This document shows, piece after piece, positions 8,501 through 21,171 of a stretch of DNA of 64,000 nt. The notes beneath the pieces are model-generated. The model was not told the origin of the DNA. It made no database searches and was given only the letters and a program-made list of their open reading frames with translations. The stretch spans positions 124,001 through 188,000 of the forward strand of contig MCFH01000062.1 in the NCBI GenBank assembly GCA_002104945.1, written 5' to 3'. The position numbers were made by a program, and so were the translations under genes. The DNA is from Piromyces finnis finn. Its lineage: Eukaryota > Fungi > Neocallimastigomycota. Every line of letters begins with the position of its first letter. Position 1 is the first letter of the stretch.

Positions 8501-10358
8501 ATGGAGGCATTATCTGGAAGGTGCAAAGCATCAGTTCATCATTTATACTGATCATAAGAATTTAACCTTTCCAAGAAAGCCTGAGATGCTCTCACAACGA
8601 CAGATAAGATGGTATGAATTTTTATCAAGATTTGATTTTAAGTTAATTTATAGAGCTGGAAAAAAGTCTGGTAAACCTGATTTGTTATCCAGACGTAGTG
8701 ATCATATCTGTAATATTTATAATAATGATAGGATTAATGAAAATATTGAATGTAGTAATTTTAGTTGTAATTTTATTTCATGTAATGTAATTAATTCTTT
8801 TAATAAAGATGATTCTTTAATTAATTCTATTCTATGTTCCTTAAAAAATGATGATTTATATAATAAAGTTTGTGTATTTCTTAATGATAAAAATTCTTCG
8901 TCCCCTCCGATTAGGAATATTAATAAAGTTAAAATTGATAAAGAAGGATTTTTACTTTATGATAATTTAATTTATGTTCCTTCTTCACTAAGAACTGGGG
9001 TCTTAGAATTACATCATGATTCTATTTCTGCTGGTCACTTTGGTGTTAATAAAACTATTGAATTAATTAGTAGAAATTTTTGGTGGCCAAAGTTTAGTTA
9101 TGATGTTAAAAAGTTTATAAAGTCTTGTGAAACTTGTTGTAAAGCTAAAGTTCCAAGACATAAACCATATGGTTTGCTTTCTCCTCTTTCCACACCTAAT
9201 AGAGCTTGGTCGGAATTGTCAATGGATTTTATTGTCGAGCTTCCTAAATCCAAAGACATGACTACCATTATGGTTATAGTAGATAGGTTAACAAAAATGG
9301 CTCATTTTATTCCTTTAAGATGTTTGCCTACTGCTTCTATAGCAGCTGATGTTTTTGTTAACAATATCTTTAAATTACATGGTTTTCCTGATTCCATCAT
9401 TTCTGATCGAGGTACTCAATTTACCTCAGACTTTTGGAATCGTTTATGTAATTTGTTAAATATTAAACTTGCTTTTTCTACTGCAAACCATCCTGAAACT
9501 GATGGTCAAACGGAGAGGGTAAACGGGATATTGGAACAATATCTCCGTTGTTTTATTAACGAAAAACAGAATAATTGGGTTGACTTGTTACCTTTTGCTG
9601 AATTTGCTTATAACAATACTTTACAGCAATCAATCAACCAATCTCCGTTTTTCGCTAATTATGGGTTCAATCCAAAATTTAACCCTGAAATCCCTTCAGC
9701 GAATAGACCAAATAGAGTTGAACAAAGAATTTTGGATATTACTGAAAACATTAAATTTTTAAAAGTAAATCTTGATCAAGCAAAAGAAACCTACAAAAAG
9801 TATGCTGATCAAAAGAGAATGGAATCCCCAGATTTCGAAGTTGGTAAAAAAGTTTGGTTATTAAAAGGTATTAATCCTTCAAATAAAAATATCAAAAGAA
9901 AACTTGCTGATCAAATGCTTGGACCTTTTGAAATAATCAAGAAGGTAAGCCCTTTAGCATTTGAATTAAAACTACCAAACAATTTACGTTGCCATCCTGT
10001 TTTTCATGTTTCGTTATTAGAACCTTATAACGAAAATGAATTTGTAAATAGATCAGTAATGAATAAAAGAAAAAATGTTAAGTTAACTACTGATACTATT
10101 GATAGGATTCCTGATAAGATTATTCAAGAAAGAAATTATCATGGAAAGAAATCTTTCTTGATGACATGGAAAAATCTTGACGAAAATACTTGGATCCCGG
10201 AAGATCAAATTACAGATGTACAATTGATCCAAGAATTTTATAGAAAAAATAAAAAGTCTAGAAAAGAAAGTCAAGATCAAGTCTATACAAGGAATAACAA
10301 TGGTATGATCAAACATAGATATCAACCATTTGTAATTGATATTCCTTCAAAGAAATGA
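5541..10358 (+). CDS. Gag-Pol polyprotein of element A (Gag-CCHC, PR, RT, RH, IN, chromodomain-like)
   Basis: First ATG at 5541 (the ORF track starts at a TTG). Motifs: CFTCGKSGHFQFNC, LIDSGS, LDLKSAY, YIDDILIYS, ETDAS, HDSISAGHFG, MDFIVELP, SDRGTQF, GQTERVN, FLMTWKNLDENTWIPE. Confidence 0.95.
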   Translation: MERQGASLRIVNDPPVFAGRRQELDGFLTRVELAIEANPDRFVNDEARVRFLISYFVNRPLEWAARLRQNNDAVLRNYDQFITALRTNFGDPNNDTIVANGRLCNIKQRKFGKVFEYINEFQRVSQNSNFNEAAKIYMFTKGLHPKMREHLAVANPNPSQLERLYSDVLSIENLTKRNDISEYYMTHQDRRNYNQNDPMDVDLYRISLGQRKVNYFPPHRSNYDENKINRTEAKKKGVCFTCGKSGHFQFNCPNKKKPKNVKIIKRCYSEDEASPSIKKIKKDNLNSKGTSNIFEIHKGEKKNIIDFYIKTNDIDEVKAKVLIDSGSDLNFIHPEFARVNNIKLSNIAESFKVSGLGQGTSTVKKESEKCILRLRNHYEIIQLYALRIPEVDIILGVPWIEKHCPVYYHDSSKIAFSSGYCARHCNVGKRKNKGTINKNRESMTSSRKGKEAVLDSENEQSYCSDLGSPEYDESSYCDSSDDEETVNIRGRRTSVKTISKLDSLDKIKCSNSLNNNNDNNCIFKCICNDINCIDENLNKDNNSVTGPKQYSFSKNVCNNNNSRVLNSVSNCNDLFCNIINKCKSESDNLNKDKKSIEIPKQYLLFKEVFNEKNCNILPPHREYDCEIRLKDNANLFYGPLYPLTEAERDELKNYINENLEKGFIRKSSSPAGAPVLFVKKKDGSLRLCVDYRKLNDMTIRNSYPLPLIGDLLDRVKGAKYFTKLDLKSAYNLVRIKEGDEYKTAFRTRYGHFEYLVMPFGLKNAPATFQHFINDVLSDYLDDFAISYIDDILIYSNSLEEHHEHVKKVLKKLLENNLYVKLEKCEFDVSETTFLGYVLSKDGLKMDRDKVKAILDWPVPTNVKEVQSFIGLCNYYRIFIKDFAKIASPLHKLTRKNVPFNWVSECQNAFVTLKKAFTSAPILMNPDSNKPFIVETDASNFAVGAILSQEFEGQLHPIAFISSSLTKSQRNYQIYDKELLAIKVALEEWRHYLEGAKHQFIIYTDHKNLTFPRKPEMLSQRQIRWYEFLSRFDFKLIYRAGKKSGKPDLLSRRSDHICNIYNNDRINENIECSNFSCNFISCNVINSFNKDDSLINSILCSLKNDDLYNKVCVFLNDKNSSSPPIRNINKVKIDKEGFLLYDNLIYVPSSLRTGVLELHHDSISAGHFGVNKTIELISRNFWWPKFSYDVKKFIKSCETCCKAKVPRHKPYGLLSPLSTPNRAWSELSMDFIVELPKSKDMTTIMVIVDRLTKMAHFIPLRCLPTASIAADVFVNNIFKLHGFPDSIISDRGTQFTSDFWNRLCNLLNIKLAFSTANHPETDGQTERVNGILEQYLRCFINEKQNNWVDLLPFAEFAYNNTLQQSINQSPFFANYGFNPKFNPEIPSANRPNRVEQRILDITENIKFLKVNLDQAKETYKKYADQKRMESPDFEVGKKVWLLKGINPSNKNIKRKLADQMLGPFEIIKKVSPLAFELKLPNNLRCHPVFHVSLLEPYNENEFVNRSVMNKRKNVKLTTDTIDRIPDKIIQERNYHGKKSFLMTWKNLDENTWIPEDQITDVQLIQEFYRKNKKSRKESQDQVYTRNNNGMIKHRYQPFVIDIPSKK

Positions 10359-11119
10359 TCTCGCAGGAGCTCGACTTTAAAGGGCGAGATTGTAAAGATA
10401 TAATATATATCTTTAAATTATTTAATAATTAATTAATAATTATTAAATAATAATTTTGATATTTTTAATGAAAAATTATTTATAAAATTTATTATATAAA
10501 TTTTAAGGAATAATTAAATAAATATTAATTTTAAAATATCAAAATTGGAAATGAAATTTGGATAAATATTTAAATTAATGGATAATTAAATTTAAATATT
10601 TTAAATATTCAAATTAAATCTTAAAAAGTTCTTATTTAATTAAAAATAGTTTAATAACTTTAGCGTAGTTTTAAATTAGTATTTTTTAATAGTAAATATA
10701 TAATAAATAGTATTATTAATATTTAATTAATATATAGGTAATACATGGACTGTATTCAATTTGTTGTTTACTCAAATTGAATCAAAAGTGTATTTAATTA
10801 GTTTTAGTTTAGTTTTATTATTTTATTATTTAATTAAATTAGTATTAAATTAGTTTTGTTTATTTTATATTGAATATATGTATAATTAAATAGAATAGTA
10901 TATTAAAATATAATTTGTAAAAAATATAAATACATGTAAAATTTCATAGTTAAACGATGTAATTGTTATTGACTATAGTTTAGTTAATAACTAAATAAGA
11001 ATAAATAAAAGAGGATATAAATAAATTTTGTTTTGTTTTTAATTTTTTATTTTTAGTGTTTTTGTTTTATTGTAAAAAATTTTATAATCTGTTTTAAATT
11101 TTAAAATTTTTACAGGCAC

Positions 11120-11449
11120 ATATTCAAATTAAATAGTACTTAATTTGAATTGCCAATTGTATTTTACTAAAAATAGTTATAGTTTAAATATTTATTAATA
11201 ATCAAGATTTTAGTGTAGATTTTAAATAATAATATATAAGAAATAAATAGTTATAATATAATATAAATGTATTTAGGAAAAATATAAATAGAAGATATTT
11301 TTCATCATTTTATCGATGTAATTGTTATTATTAAAATTCTATTATAATAAAAGATATTTTTAATAAAACAATTTTTATTTTTATTTTAAATTTAGTGTTA
11401 TTGTAATAGAATAGATATCCTAATATATTCTTTCTGTGTCGCCATTACA
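11120..11449 (+). mobile_element. B 3' LTR, right part
   Basis: Continues the 63059-type LTR after the GGCAC TSD and ends CCATTACA. Confidence 0.8.
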
Positions 11450-11485
11450 TTATTATATAAATACAAATAATGAATTTATAACTTT

Positions 11486-11920
11486 GGGGGAGTGTGAAAA
11501 TAAAATACATTCCAAAATAATATTTTATGTATTTTTTATGTATTTGTATTTTATAAAATTATAAATTAATATTGTACTACATTTTTATTCTTTGGTTATT
11601 TTTTTTTTAATAAAAAGATTTTAAGAAAGTTACAATATTTATATTATAAAATAAATATAAATAAATAAAAGATTATAAAAACCCAAATAGTTTTATAAAC
11701 AAATTTAAGTGTAAACTAAATTTATCTGACATATTGATTTACTGAAAATGAAAATAATGAGATTAAAATGAAGCCTAATAATAAGATAAAATTTTATAAA
11801 TTTAAATAACCATTTTATAAGAAACAAATACAAGTTAACTAAAGATGTTAAATTAGTTATTATTATTTTCCATAATCAATGTCTTTGTCGCAGAAATAAT
11901 AATTAAAATATCCAACATTG
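11486..11920 (+). mobile_element. Probable PPT plus 3' LTR start of another (Copia-like) element; right end uncertain
   Basis: GGGGGAG immediately followed by TGTGAAAA at 11493, the same PPT/LTR pattern as the Copia at 34799-34808. No second copy to define the end. Confidence 0.3.
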
Positions 11921-12364
11921 ATTAACTAAATACCTCATATTCAATGATTAAAAAATATTTCTCTCTAAAATCTAATCTATCAAATGATATTGATAATTGT
12001 AATAATAACATAAAAATTATTATTGCTACTACCATAATAGTATTATAAAATTTAGATATTTTGAATTATTAGTATTAGGTTTTTAAATAAAAACTTTTAT
12101 TTTTTTTAAATATAGATATATAACCAAAAAAAAAAAAAAAACAATTAAATTTATATAATTTTTAATTATCTTTTCTAAAATTAATATCTTCATGTAAAGT
12201 AAAATTTTTTATTCACTTTTTTTTTTTCAATAAGTTGTTTCATATAGATATATTTTATATTGTTATATATATATCAATTTATACTCTATTTATTTCAATT
12301 ATTAAAAACTGTATATATATACTTAATTCTTCAAACCCACAAAATGAAGTAATCATATTAACCT

Positions 12365-13690
12365 CTAGTAATATAATCTAACCCTTTATAAATTTTGTTT
12401 AAAAATATTACATCTATGACAGTGGTAATTTATTATTTTAATTATATACAAATGATATAGCACACAGTTTTATTATTACTCATTTACTTTACTTAATAAA
12501 ATAGTATTAAAATACCATTTTTAAAAAATAATTGAAGTAAAAATAAATATTTACACATATATTTTTATTTTTTCAATGTAAGTTTTATAAATTATCATCT
12601 TTCTTTTATGTCCTATTTAAACAGTTTTCTCATGATAAAAATTAGCCATAAAATTGTTTAAGTATTTTGTTTAAATTTCTTTTATAAAATATTTCGAGTT
12701 GTTTATATATACTATAAAAGAAAAATATATAAAACATATAATAAATAGTTGAAAATTGAATTAATATAAAAAATGAAGTACGCTTCAAATATTTCAATAC
12801 AACTTTATACAAGACATATTTATTATATTTATTATATTTTATTTTAACTTGCAATTCGATATAAGTTAGAAAAACATTAAACTTTATATTAAATAATAAT
12901 GATGATGATGGTGATAATGGTAATAATTAGATATTTTTTTTCGTTTTTAATACTAATTAATACTTGATTTTATATTTTATTTGGTAGAAATGTAGAAATG
13001 TAGTTAGAAATTACTTATCAATATAGATTTTGATTAATTTAAATTATAATCTATATATACATCTTTGAATAGTAAATTAGAACCATTACTCTACCATTTA
13101 ATAATTAACTATAATTTTTAAATATACATTAATAAATATAGGTAAATTCTTAATATTTTTTAATAGATAAAAATGTAATTTGACATATGGAAAAGTTTAA
13201 AATTTTACTTATTTCAAAATCATTAAATAAATGAATAAATCAAATGATATATAACTGAATAAAAGAATTATTAATTAAATAAATAACGAAAGAATCAATT
13301 TATTAATAGATAAATGAATGAATCTATTATTATATTAATGAATAAATAAATTAATATATATAAATTAATAAATGAATATGCAAATAAATGACTATTTTAA
13401 CTAAAATAATTTGAAAAGTCTCAATGTTTTTTTTTTTTTTTTTTAATTTCTAACATATTAAAATAAAGAATTTTTTTTAAAGATAGTTGAAAATAAATAT
13501 TAAATATGAAGATGTTATTATATTAAAATATACTTAATAGTTAAAGTTTATATAAAATTAAAAATAAAAAAGTAATAAAATATAAATAATCTATAATGTG
13601 TAATACTTTAATAAAAATGTAATTTAGGAAAAAATAAATTATCTTTTTACGATTTTAATTCATAATATTGCTTATTTTTTTTTAATTTTT
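12365..13690. repeat. ~1.3-kb AT-rich non-coding direct repeat, copy 1
   Basis: Near-identical to 29315-30641 (offset about 16950). Confidence 0.9.
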
Positions 13691-13699
13691 TTGTAGTTT

Positions 13700-15400
13700 T
13701 ATTATAACTTTTTGCTAAACTTAATAATTAAATATCTGGATATCTAATTGCATTTGAAATTCACGGTATGTTTCTATATTTTTTTGGAATTCTTTATCTA
13801 TCCTCCACATTATATCCTAAATCCTTTTTTGTATTATTACTTTAGAAAATATTAAATGAATCAAAAATTAAATTCCTTAAACATTCTTTTTTATTCTCAT
13901 TTACTAATATTCCTAATTTAAATTTAAATAAAACTAGTATTAGCTTACTATTTTATTAATTTTATTATTTTATTATTTGTAATCGTGAAAAATAGTTTAT
14001 ACTCTTTCTTGCTACATTATTATTATTGTTTTATTGTGATTTTTTTTAATAAAGGAAGAGATTATATTATTTAAATATTTCTTTTTAACTTTTTAAAAAT
14101 AATATATGAACACTTCATTATTTATATTTATATTTCATTTTAATCCATTCAAATAAAACTTTAATATACAGTTTTATATATTTATTTTTGTTGCCTTTTT
14201 TTTTTATTATTTTATAATTTTATATATTATATTATTTTTTTTTAATAAAAACATATGTAGTAATTTATTTTTAAAAATAAAAGTAAAAAATATATAAAAA
14301 TATATTTTCTATGCATAAAAAGAATTCCATTTCAATCATAGATAATGCGGAATTAACAAAATTACATTAAACAATACGTCTAGGATAATAAAACTATTTT
14401 AATAAAAGAATTTCCAAATAAATATTTATATTTATTTTTTTCATATATATCCATTCAGACTTATAAAATAAAACTTGATTCTTTTTTATCAACAAGAGTT
14501 ACTCTATAATTTTTTTATAGAAAGAATAAATTAGTATTTCCAAAAGAGTACTTATTTTTGGAGTTACAATAATTTAATGAAAAAGAATGGTTTAAAATAA
14601 AAAGTATAGAAAATATATATATTTAAAAGCTATATAGAGCTATGGATGAAATTGCTTTATAAAGTTATGAATCATTTAAAAAATTAAGGAAATGTTTATA
14701 AAACTTTTAAATTATATTTTTTAATAATTTTCTAATTATTATATAGTATAACCCTAGTTACAAATGAATTATCATCTTTATTATTTTTTTTTTTTTTTTT
14801 TTGTAATATTTGCAACATTTTACATAACAATAACAACAATTATGTATTAAAATATTAATTATTATTATTGTAAGAAGAATAATAAATATGAACAATTTAT
14901 TATTAAGAACGATACATTCTGAGCACGATATAATAATTATAAATGTATTGATGTTATATTTAATATTGATCCTATCACTAATAAAATCACCAAGATAATA
15001 AATAATAATAAAGATGAACATTTATCTTGTTCATCTATATTTTCATATCTTGGTTATAGATGTTGTTATAACGAAGATACTTAAATGTGTTAATGAAATT
15101 AGTAATTGAAGTGTTCAAAAATAGTGAATTAGGTACTTTTGGTTATCCGTGCAAATAGAGATGAACAATCTGAATTAATTATTGTAATGGAGAAAAATGT
15201 AATGATATTCATTTCATACTTTCAGAAAGTAGTGATAAATCTATATATAAATCATCATCGGTAATATTTAAACATTTACCATCATAAGATGATACAATAG
15301 AATAATGTTGATCATTTTGTCTGAAAAATTATTATTTCTTTTAATTCACCTTGCTTATCATACAATTCTTTTACGTTAAAGACTAGCTAAATTATCACTT
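13700..15400 (-). pseudogene. Decayed coding remnants of unknown family
   Basis: Minus-strand protein-like stretches broken by stops, e.g. GILVNENKKECLRNLIFDSFNIF* and YSIVSSYDGKCLNITDD, plus a hydrophobic/Cys-rich ORF at 14758-15021. Confidence 0.25.
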
Positions 15401-18063
15401 CCTGATAATAATAAATAAAAAAAAAAAAAAAATAATAATAATGAAAATCAGTGTATATTAAATAATTAATTTACTTCTTTCATTTAATTTATAATTCGAA
15501 CTATGATGAATCTTACGTATCAAATCACTTACTTGAATAATCTAAAACCAACCATGGATGATATAATTTTGGATTGTTATTCATATAATTAATTAATTAA
15601 TATATCATTTATATAGTTTCTATTGTATTAAATGGATTGAGATTATTCACATTCATAATATTTATATCAAGTACATTATTACCCTTATAAAAATTTAAAG
15701 CATTTTCATGATATTTACTATAATAGCATAATCATATAAATTGTTGTATTATTATCTTTATCCTTTTCTTCTCTTTTATTTACTATTGAAATATCATTAT
15801 TTAAAATATTGTAAGTAAGATTCCATTTATTATGTTGAAATATTAAATTATAATTATTTTGAAAAAGAAAATGATTATTGTAACGAAAATCACTTTGTGG
15901 ATAACAATATTCACAATGTGTATTTCTTTAATTGTAGTACTATCTGTAGGTAATATATTTTTATATGTACCATTAACTCAAAAATTAACATAATTTTAAT
16001 AGATAACTTTACTTATTTATATAAAATAAATAAAATTATCATTTTATTTATTTTTATTCAATGTTTATTATTTATTAAATATCAAATATATACACTTTAA
16101 AACTAAATTTAAAATATTATACATCTATAATTATTTACAATTATATTAATATTAAAAAATTATAAGATTAGTTGATGGAATCATCTTAATATCTCTTTAA
16201 TAATAAACAAGATTAACTTATTTGATTTCAATATTTACATGGATAATATACTTTTATTATTCCTTGTACTATAAACAATAATATTTTATTTATACCATAA
16301 TGAAAACAGATACATTTTTTATAATAATTTTTCATAAAATGAAAATGATGGTAGGATATTGTAAATTCAATATTTTTTATGATTGATATTGCTGTTATTA
16401 CTTATAAATAAATAAATTATCACAAATATATTTTTTCAAAACAGTTTTTATGTTATGAAACGAATTGTCTAAATTTACTTCATTTAATATTACTCAAAAT
16501 TGAAATAAAATTATTATTATTATAGAAAATATTGTTTAACAAAGCTATTGTTATAATTGAAACAATTATCTTTTTTTGGACCTATTACATATTCATGTTG
16601 ATCGCCAGAAATCGTATATTTTTAATTTAATATTTAAAAATATCTTAAAAGTATATTTATAAAAATAACAAACATCATTTTATAATTATGGTATTGAAAT
16701 AACTCTGCTTTAATTATTACATATATTACACAACGCCAAATATCTTCCAATATATATATATTCATATACTATTAATTAAATATTGCGATTTTTATAATAA
16801 AAGAATACATTTATAAACAATAATTAATATTTTATGAATAACTCTATTAAAAACATTGATTAGTATTATGTATCATTTCCATTATATATAATTATTAAAA
16901 TTAAAAAGTTTGTAATTTTAATGGTTGATAACATTCTTTTAGTTTTTCTTTTCTTTAAAAAGAAAAAACATTTATATATATTGTGAAATTATTTATTATA
17001 ACACTGTATGAATATCCAAGTAGTATATTAAATAAATATTATATTATTGAATAAATTATTATTATTTCTTCATTAAAAATTCAATAATTTTTAAAACAGT
17101 AATTTTCAAAACATTTATTATATAAATATACTGAAATAATTGTCTCAATTCTCTCTCTCTCTCTCTCTTTTTTTTTTTTTTTTGTAATCTTCCTTTTTAT
17201 CATGTATTTGTCAAATAATATATATTAATTATTGAAAATTCAAATAACAATAAATCAATACAATAAAGTATTGTAAAAGTATGATAATTAAAATTAAACC
17301 ATAAAGTTAAAACATATAAACATTAAATATAAAATGTAATTACAGTAGTAAGTTATTAGATGTTACATCCATGATCCATGATACATCAATCAAAGAGTAG
17401 CTAAAATCATCCTATTGAAAAATATTTCTATATTAAACTATGATTGGTGGCAAAATGTTTTATAAAATTAAATTATTAATAAATTTTCATTTTTTTTTTT
17501 TAAGAAAGAATTTGAACATTATAAAAATAGTCTTTTTATATAAATATAAATGGGATAAAATATCATTTTATCTTTTTCAATTTTATAATGAAATGATGAT
17601 ATTAATATAACTCATATTATAAAGTATAATATGTATATAAATAGAAATGAACAATGATTATTATAAAAGTAAAAAATAGTCAATAGCAATACAGTCTAAA
17701 TATATATGATTTGCATAAATAGAGATATTTTAATTCTTAAGATTTAAAGTTATTAAATTATTTATTAATTCAAAAGGAAAAAAAAAAATATTGAAAATCG
17801 TATTGAAAGAATTATTTGAAAATTATGAATGTGAAAGAGATTATGAATTTGGCAAATATTTTAAATAGGATAATAGTTTTATTATAAAAATACAATAGGA
17901 AGTATTATAGCAAGATTTTAAATTAATATTAGTAAAAGAAAAAAAAAAAAAATAAAAATAAATCCAATTCTATTCTCAATTTTAATATATTTTAATATAC
18001 AATGAAATATTTAAAAACCGCTGGTGTGAATAAAAATGAAACAATAACTTAATTGTATATAGT

Positions 18064-19585
18064 TTGTTTGACTTAGAAATAAACACTAGAATTTCAGAAT
18101 ATGGTCTTAAGAATAATTTCATTAGATTCAAACAATTTGGATTTCGTAAAAAGGAAGAAAGTATCAGTCTTTTCATTTCAATCCAAGAAATATGTCGTAG
18201 ATGTCAATTAGATAATAAAGATATTTATTTAGCCTTTTTAGATCTCAAGAAAGCATACGATTCAGTCCCAATCGGTAATATTCTCCATAAATTAGAATGT
18301 TTAGGAATCAGAAGTAAGAGTTTACAATTTATCAAAAATTTATATTTAACATCTAAGGCTAATTTCAAATTAGATGGTCAATTCTCAAAATCTTTTGATG
18401 CGAAGAAAGGAGTCCGTCAAGGTCGCCCACTTTCACCTATTCTGTTTAATCTCTTTATTAATGATATTTTTAAAGAGTGCAAAGATCTCGGAGTTATTTT
18501 AGGAGGTATTCGATGCTGTGGTGGACTTTTTGCAGATGATATAGTTATTTGTGCTCCATCAAGAGGATGCTTAAAAAAGTTGCTAAAAAGAGTTAATGAA
18601 TGGATTTTGTATAATGAAATGGAATTTGTTATCCAGAAATGTTCAACGATGGTGATTCGTTCTGAATCATCAGAAAATCAGAAAAAGAAAGATCCAATAT
18701 TTTATTTAGCAGGAAAACTCATTTCAACTACTGATTGCTATACTTATCTTGGTGTTTCATTTAATAAGAATTTCTCCCTTAAACCAGTTATTAAAATTCT
18801 TAATAATAAGATTTTGAAAGGACTTTTCTAAGTCAGTAAATTCTTAAGAAATCCTAATATTCCTATTTCTTTCAAAAAGCTAATACTTAACTCACAAGTA
18901 ATCAGCAGAGTTTCATACTTTGCGCCATTACTTGGATCCAACAAAGCTAGGTATAGGATTGCTCAGAAGAATGTTAACAAAGGAATATGATGGGTTGCCG
19001 GAGTTTATAAGGCTGTATCGTTTATATCTCTATACTTTATTTCAAAAGATTTGAATATTCCTCCATTGTCGGCCAAATGCGCATTAGCTCAGGTTACATG
19101 TGTTATGCTAACAAGTGGGAAAACTCAAATTATATTATCTCACACTTTGCAAATTACATTCATAAATTTAGAAAATATACATGGTACAAATCAAGTAGGG
19201 CACTTGATAAAAAATTAAAGAAGCATGGAGATATTAAAACAGTTAAAAACATTTATTGGAAAGATCCCAAGGGAAATTCAATCAAAGCACAATATTATGA
19301 CGATAATAAATTTATTGAAACTAAAAATTTTATTAAATTATGTTATGAGTACCCAGAGTTTGCCTATGGTTTCTATTGGCTATTGAAACAAGAAGCGGAT
19401 ACAGGTTGGATGCTAGAGTTTCAAAATATGCTAAATTTATTGATCCAGTTTGTCTTAATTACTGTTCATGTTGCAAGAGTGGTGGATATAAGTACCCTAG
19501 GTATACCACAAGACCAACTGTTGCTGGGAGTGTCGATGTTGAAAAGGATAAGGCAAAAAAGAAATTCAAATATAGAATCAAATAA
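18064..19585 (+). mobile_element. 5'-truncated, mutated non-LTR retrotransposon (LINE-type RT plus Cys-containing C-terminus)
   Basis: QFGFRK, FLDLKKAYDSVP, GVRQGRPLSPILFNLFINDI, LFADDIV, YTYLGV. The frame continues through in-frame TAA (18829) and TGA plus frameshifts to RSGYRLDAR...CLNYCSCC. Followed by a (TAA)n-like run. Confidence 0.88.
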
Positions 19586-21171
19586 TAAATAATAATAATT
19601 CGCAATGAATCAGTGTCGAAGAACGGGAAGAGTTAGAAGCTCTTTTCATCCTTTTTTTTTTTACTATCTGGTTTTCTTTTATTCATTTTAATTTTAATAT
19701 ATTTTATTATTTTATTTTTTTTTCTTTTTTCTTTTTTCATATATAATGTAATTTAATAAAATTATAGCTATTGATAAATAAAAACTACATATTCAAAAAA
19801 AAAATTATATAAATATATTATCAACAGATATTAGTTCAACATTATCTAATATATACTTAATAATTATATTCAAATATTTTTAATTCATTTATAAAACTAA
19901 AGATTTTAAATTTATTATAATGTATCCCCTTTCATTTATAGTTTCAAAAAATTTCAAGGGATAATATTCCAACCTACTTGAAATATGTTTATTATTATCC
20001 ATAATAATATGGTAAATATTAATTTCATTCAAAATATAATTTGCTTTATATCATAAAGATCTATATAAATTCAATGTATCTTTATCATCAGTAATTTTGT
20101 TAACAAGAGTATAAATCAATATTCTATTTAATTAATATAAATACATAAATATAATTTATTAATTGTTTATTACACATTGATATTATAATATTTTAATTTT
20201 ATAATTTTTTGTGAATCAATTCTTTTTTCTATGTTATAATTTAGTTAATATTTAAAAAAAAAATAAAAATGAATCTCAGTTTATCTATTTTAAAAAATTT
20301 TTATGACTTATACAACAAAAACTAATTTTAATTTTAGGTAGAATAATAATATAATAAAAGAAATAACGGTTTCCTCTATTTCTATATATAATTCGATAGA
20401 TTCTGAAAATCTATTAACAGGAAAAAATTTTTATCCCATATTTTAATGTTTTATTTCACTACATTTTTTACTATCTTCTTTTATAGGCAGGCATTTTAAT
20501 ACTAATTTCTATTAATAAAAATAATGATGATAATATTAATGGCAACAATAGAATTTTACTACATTTTAATTCATTAATGAACTTAATATTATTAATTATT
20601 ATAATAAAAAAAAGTTCATAATTTAATATTAATAAAAAAAATGTAATATCAAAATAAATAATAAGTTTAAATAGTAGGTAATAACTATTGAATTTTATTA
20701 TCATATTTTATAAAATTTTTTTAAATATTAAAAAAAAATTTTAATTAATATGATCCTTGAATTGAAAAAATAGTTTTTTTTTTTATTTAAATATTAAAAA
20801 TGGTTGATCCATTTAAAAATGTGATATCTTAAAAAAAAAACCTAATATCTAATATCTAATATTTATATATTATAATATTAATTAAATAACTTATAATAAT
20901 ATTAAAAAAAAAATAAAATTAAAACTGTAAAGAAATAAGAAAAAAGAAAGTACAACTTTATTTATTAAGGATATTTTAATTAACGAATCATATTAAATCA
21001 ATGAATATTAATTATTAAAAAAAGTTTAAAATGTTATTTATTGTAAATATAGTTATGTTGTTATCATTTTTATTTTTAAATTTATTGTCTTGTTTTTACA
21101 ATTTAACAAAATAAATTATCATTTTTAAAAAACACGTAATCACAATAAAAATCATTTAAATTATAAAAAAA

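Larger units (their letters stand above)
4302..11114 (+). mobile_element. Full-length Ty3/Gypsy element A (LTRs 4302-5024 and 10391-11114; TSD GGCAC)
   Basis: Near-identical ~723-bp LTRs with TG...CA ends (about 2 differences seen). GGCAC at 4297-4301 and 11115-11119. PPT AAAAGGGCGAGAT. Intact ORF. Confidence 0.95.
1634..11449 (+). mobile_element. 5'-truncated Ty3/Gypsy element B, with element A nested in its 3' LTR
   Basis: RT/RH/IN/chromodomain ORF, PPT AGAGAGAGAGAT, then an LTR split into 4030-4301 and 11120-11449. An uninterrupted homologous LTR at 63059-63666 shows the empty site. Confidence 0.85.

Noticed and set aside
12355-12375. Helitron 3' end (CTAG) at the boundary of the 1.3-kb repeat
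   Set aside because: Similarity extends past the CTAG, no T follows, and no subterminal hairpin is seen.
12642-12854. 70-aa ORF repeated at 29592-29804
   Set aside because: Non-ATG start, low complexity, lies within a non-coding repeat.
15490-15570. Possible degenerate tRNA on the minus strand (TGGTTGG...AGTTCGAAT)
   Set aside because: Box spacing and stems are not convincing.
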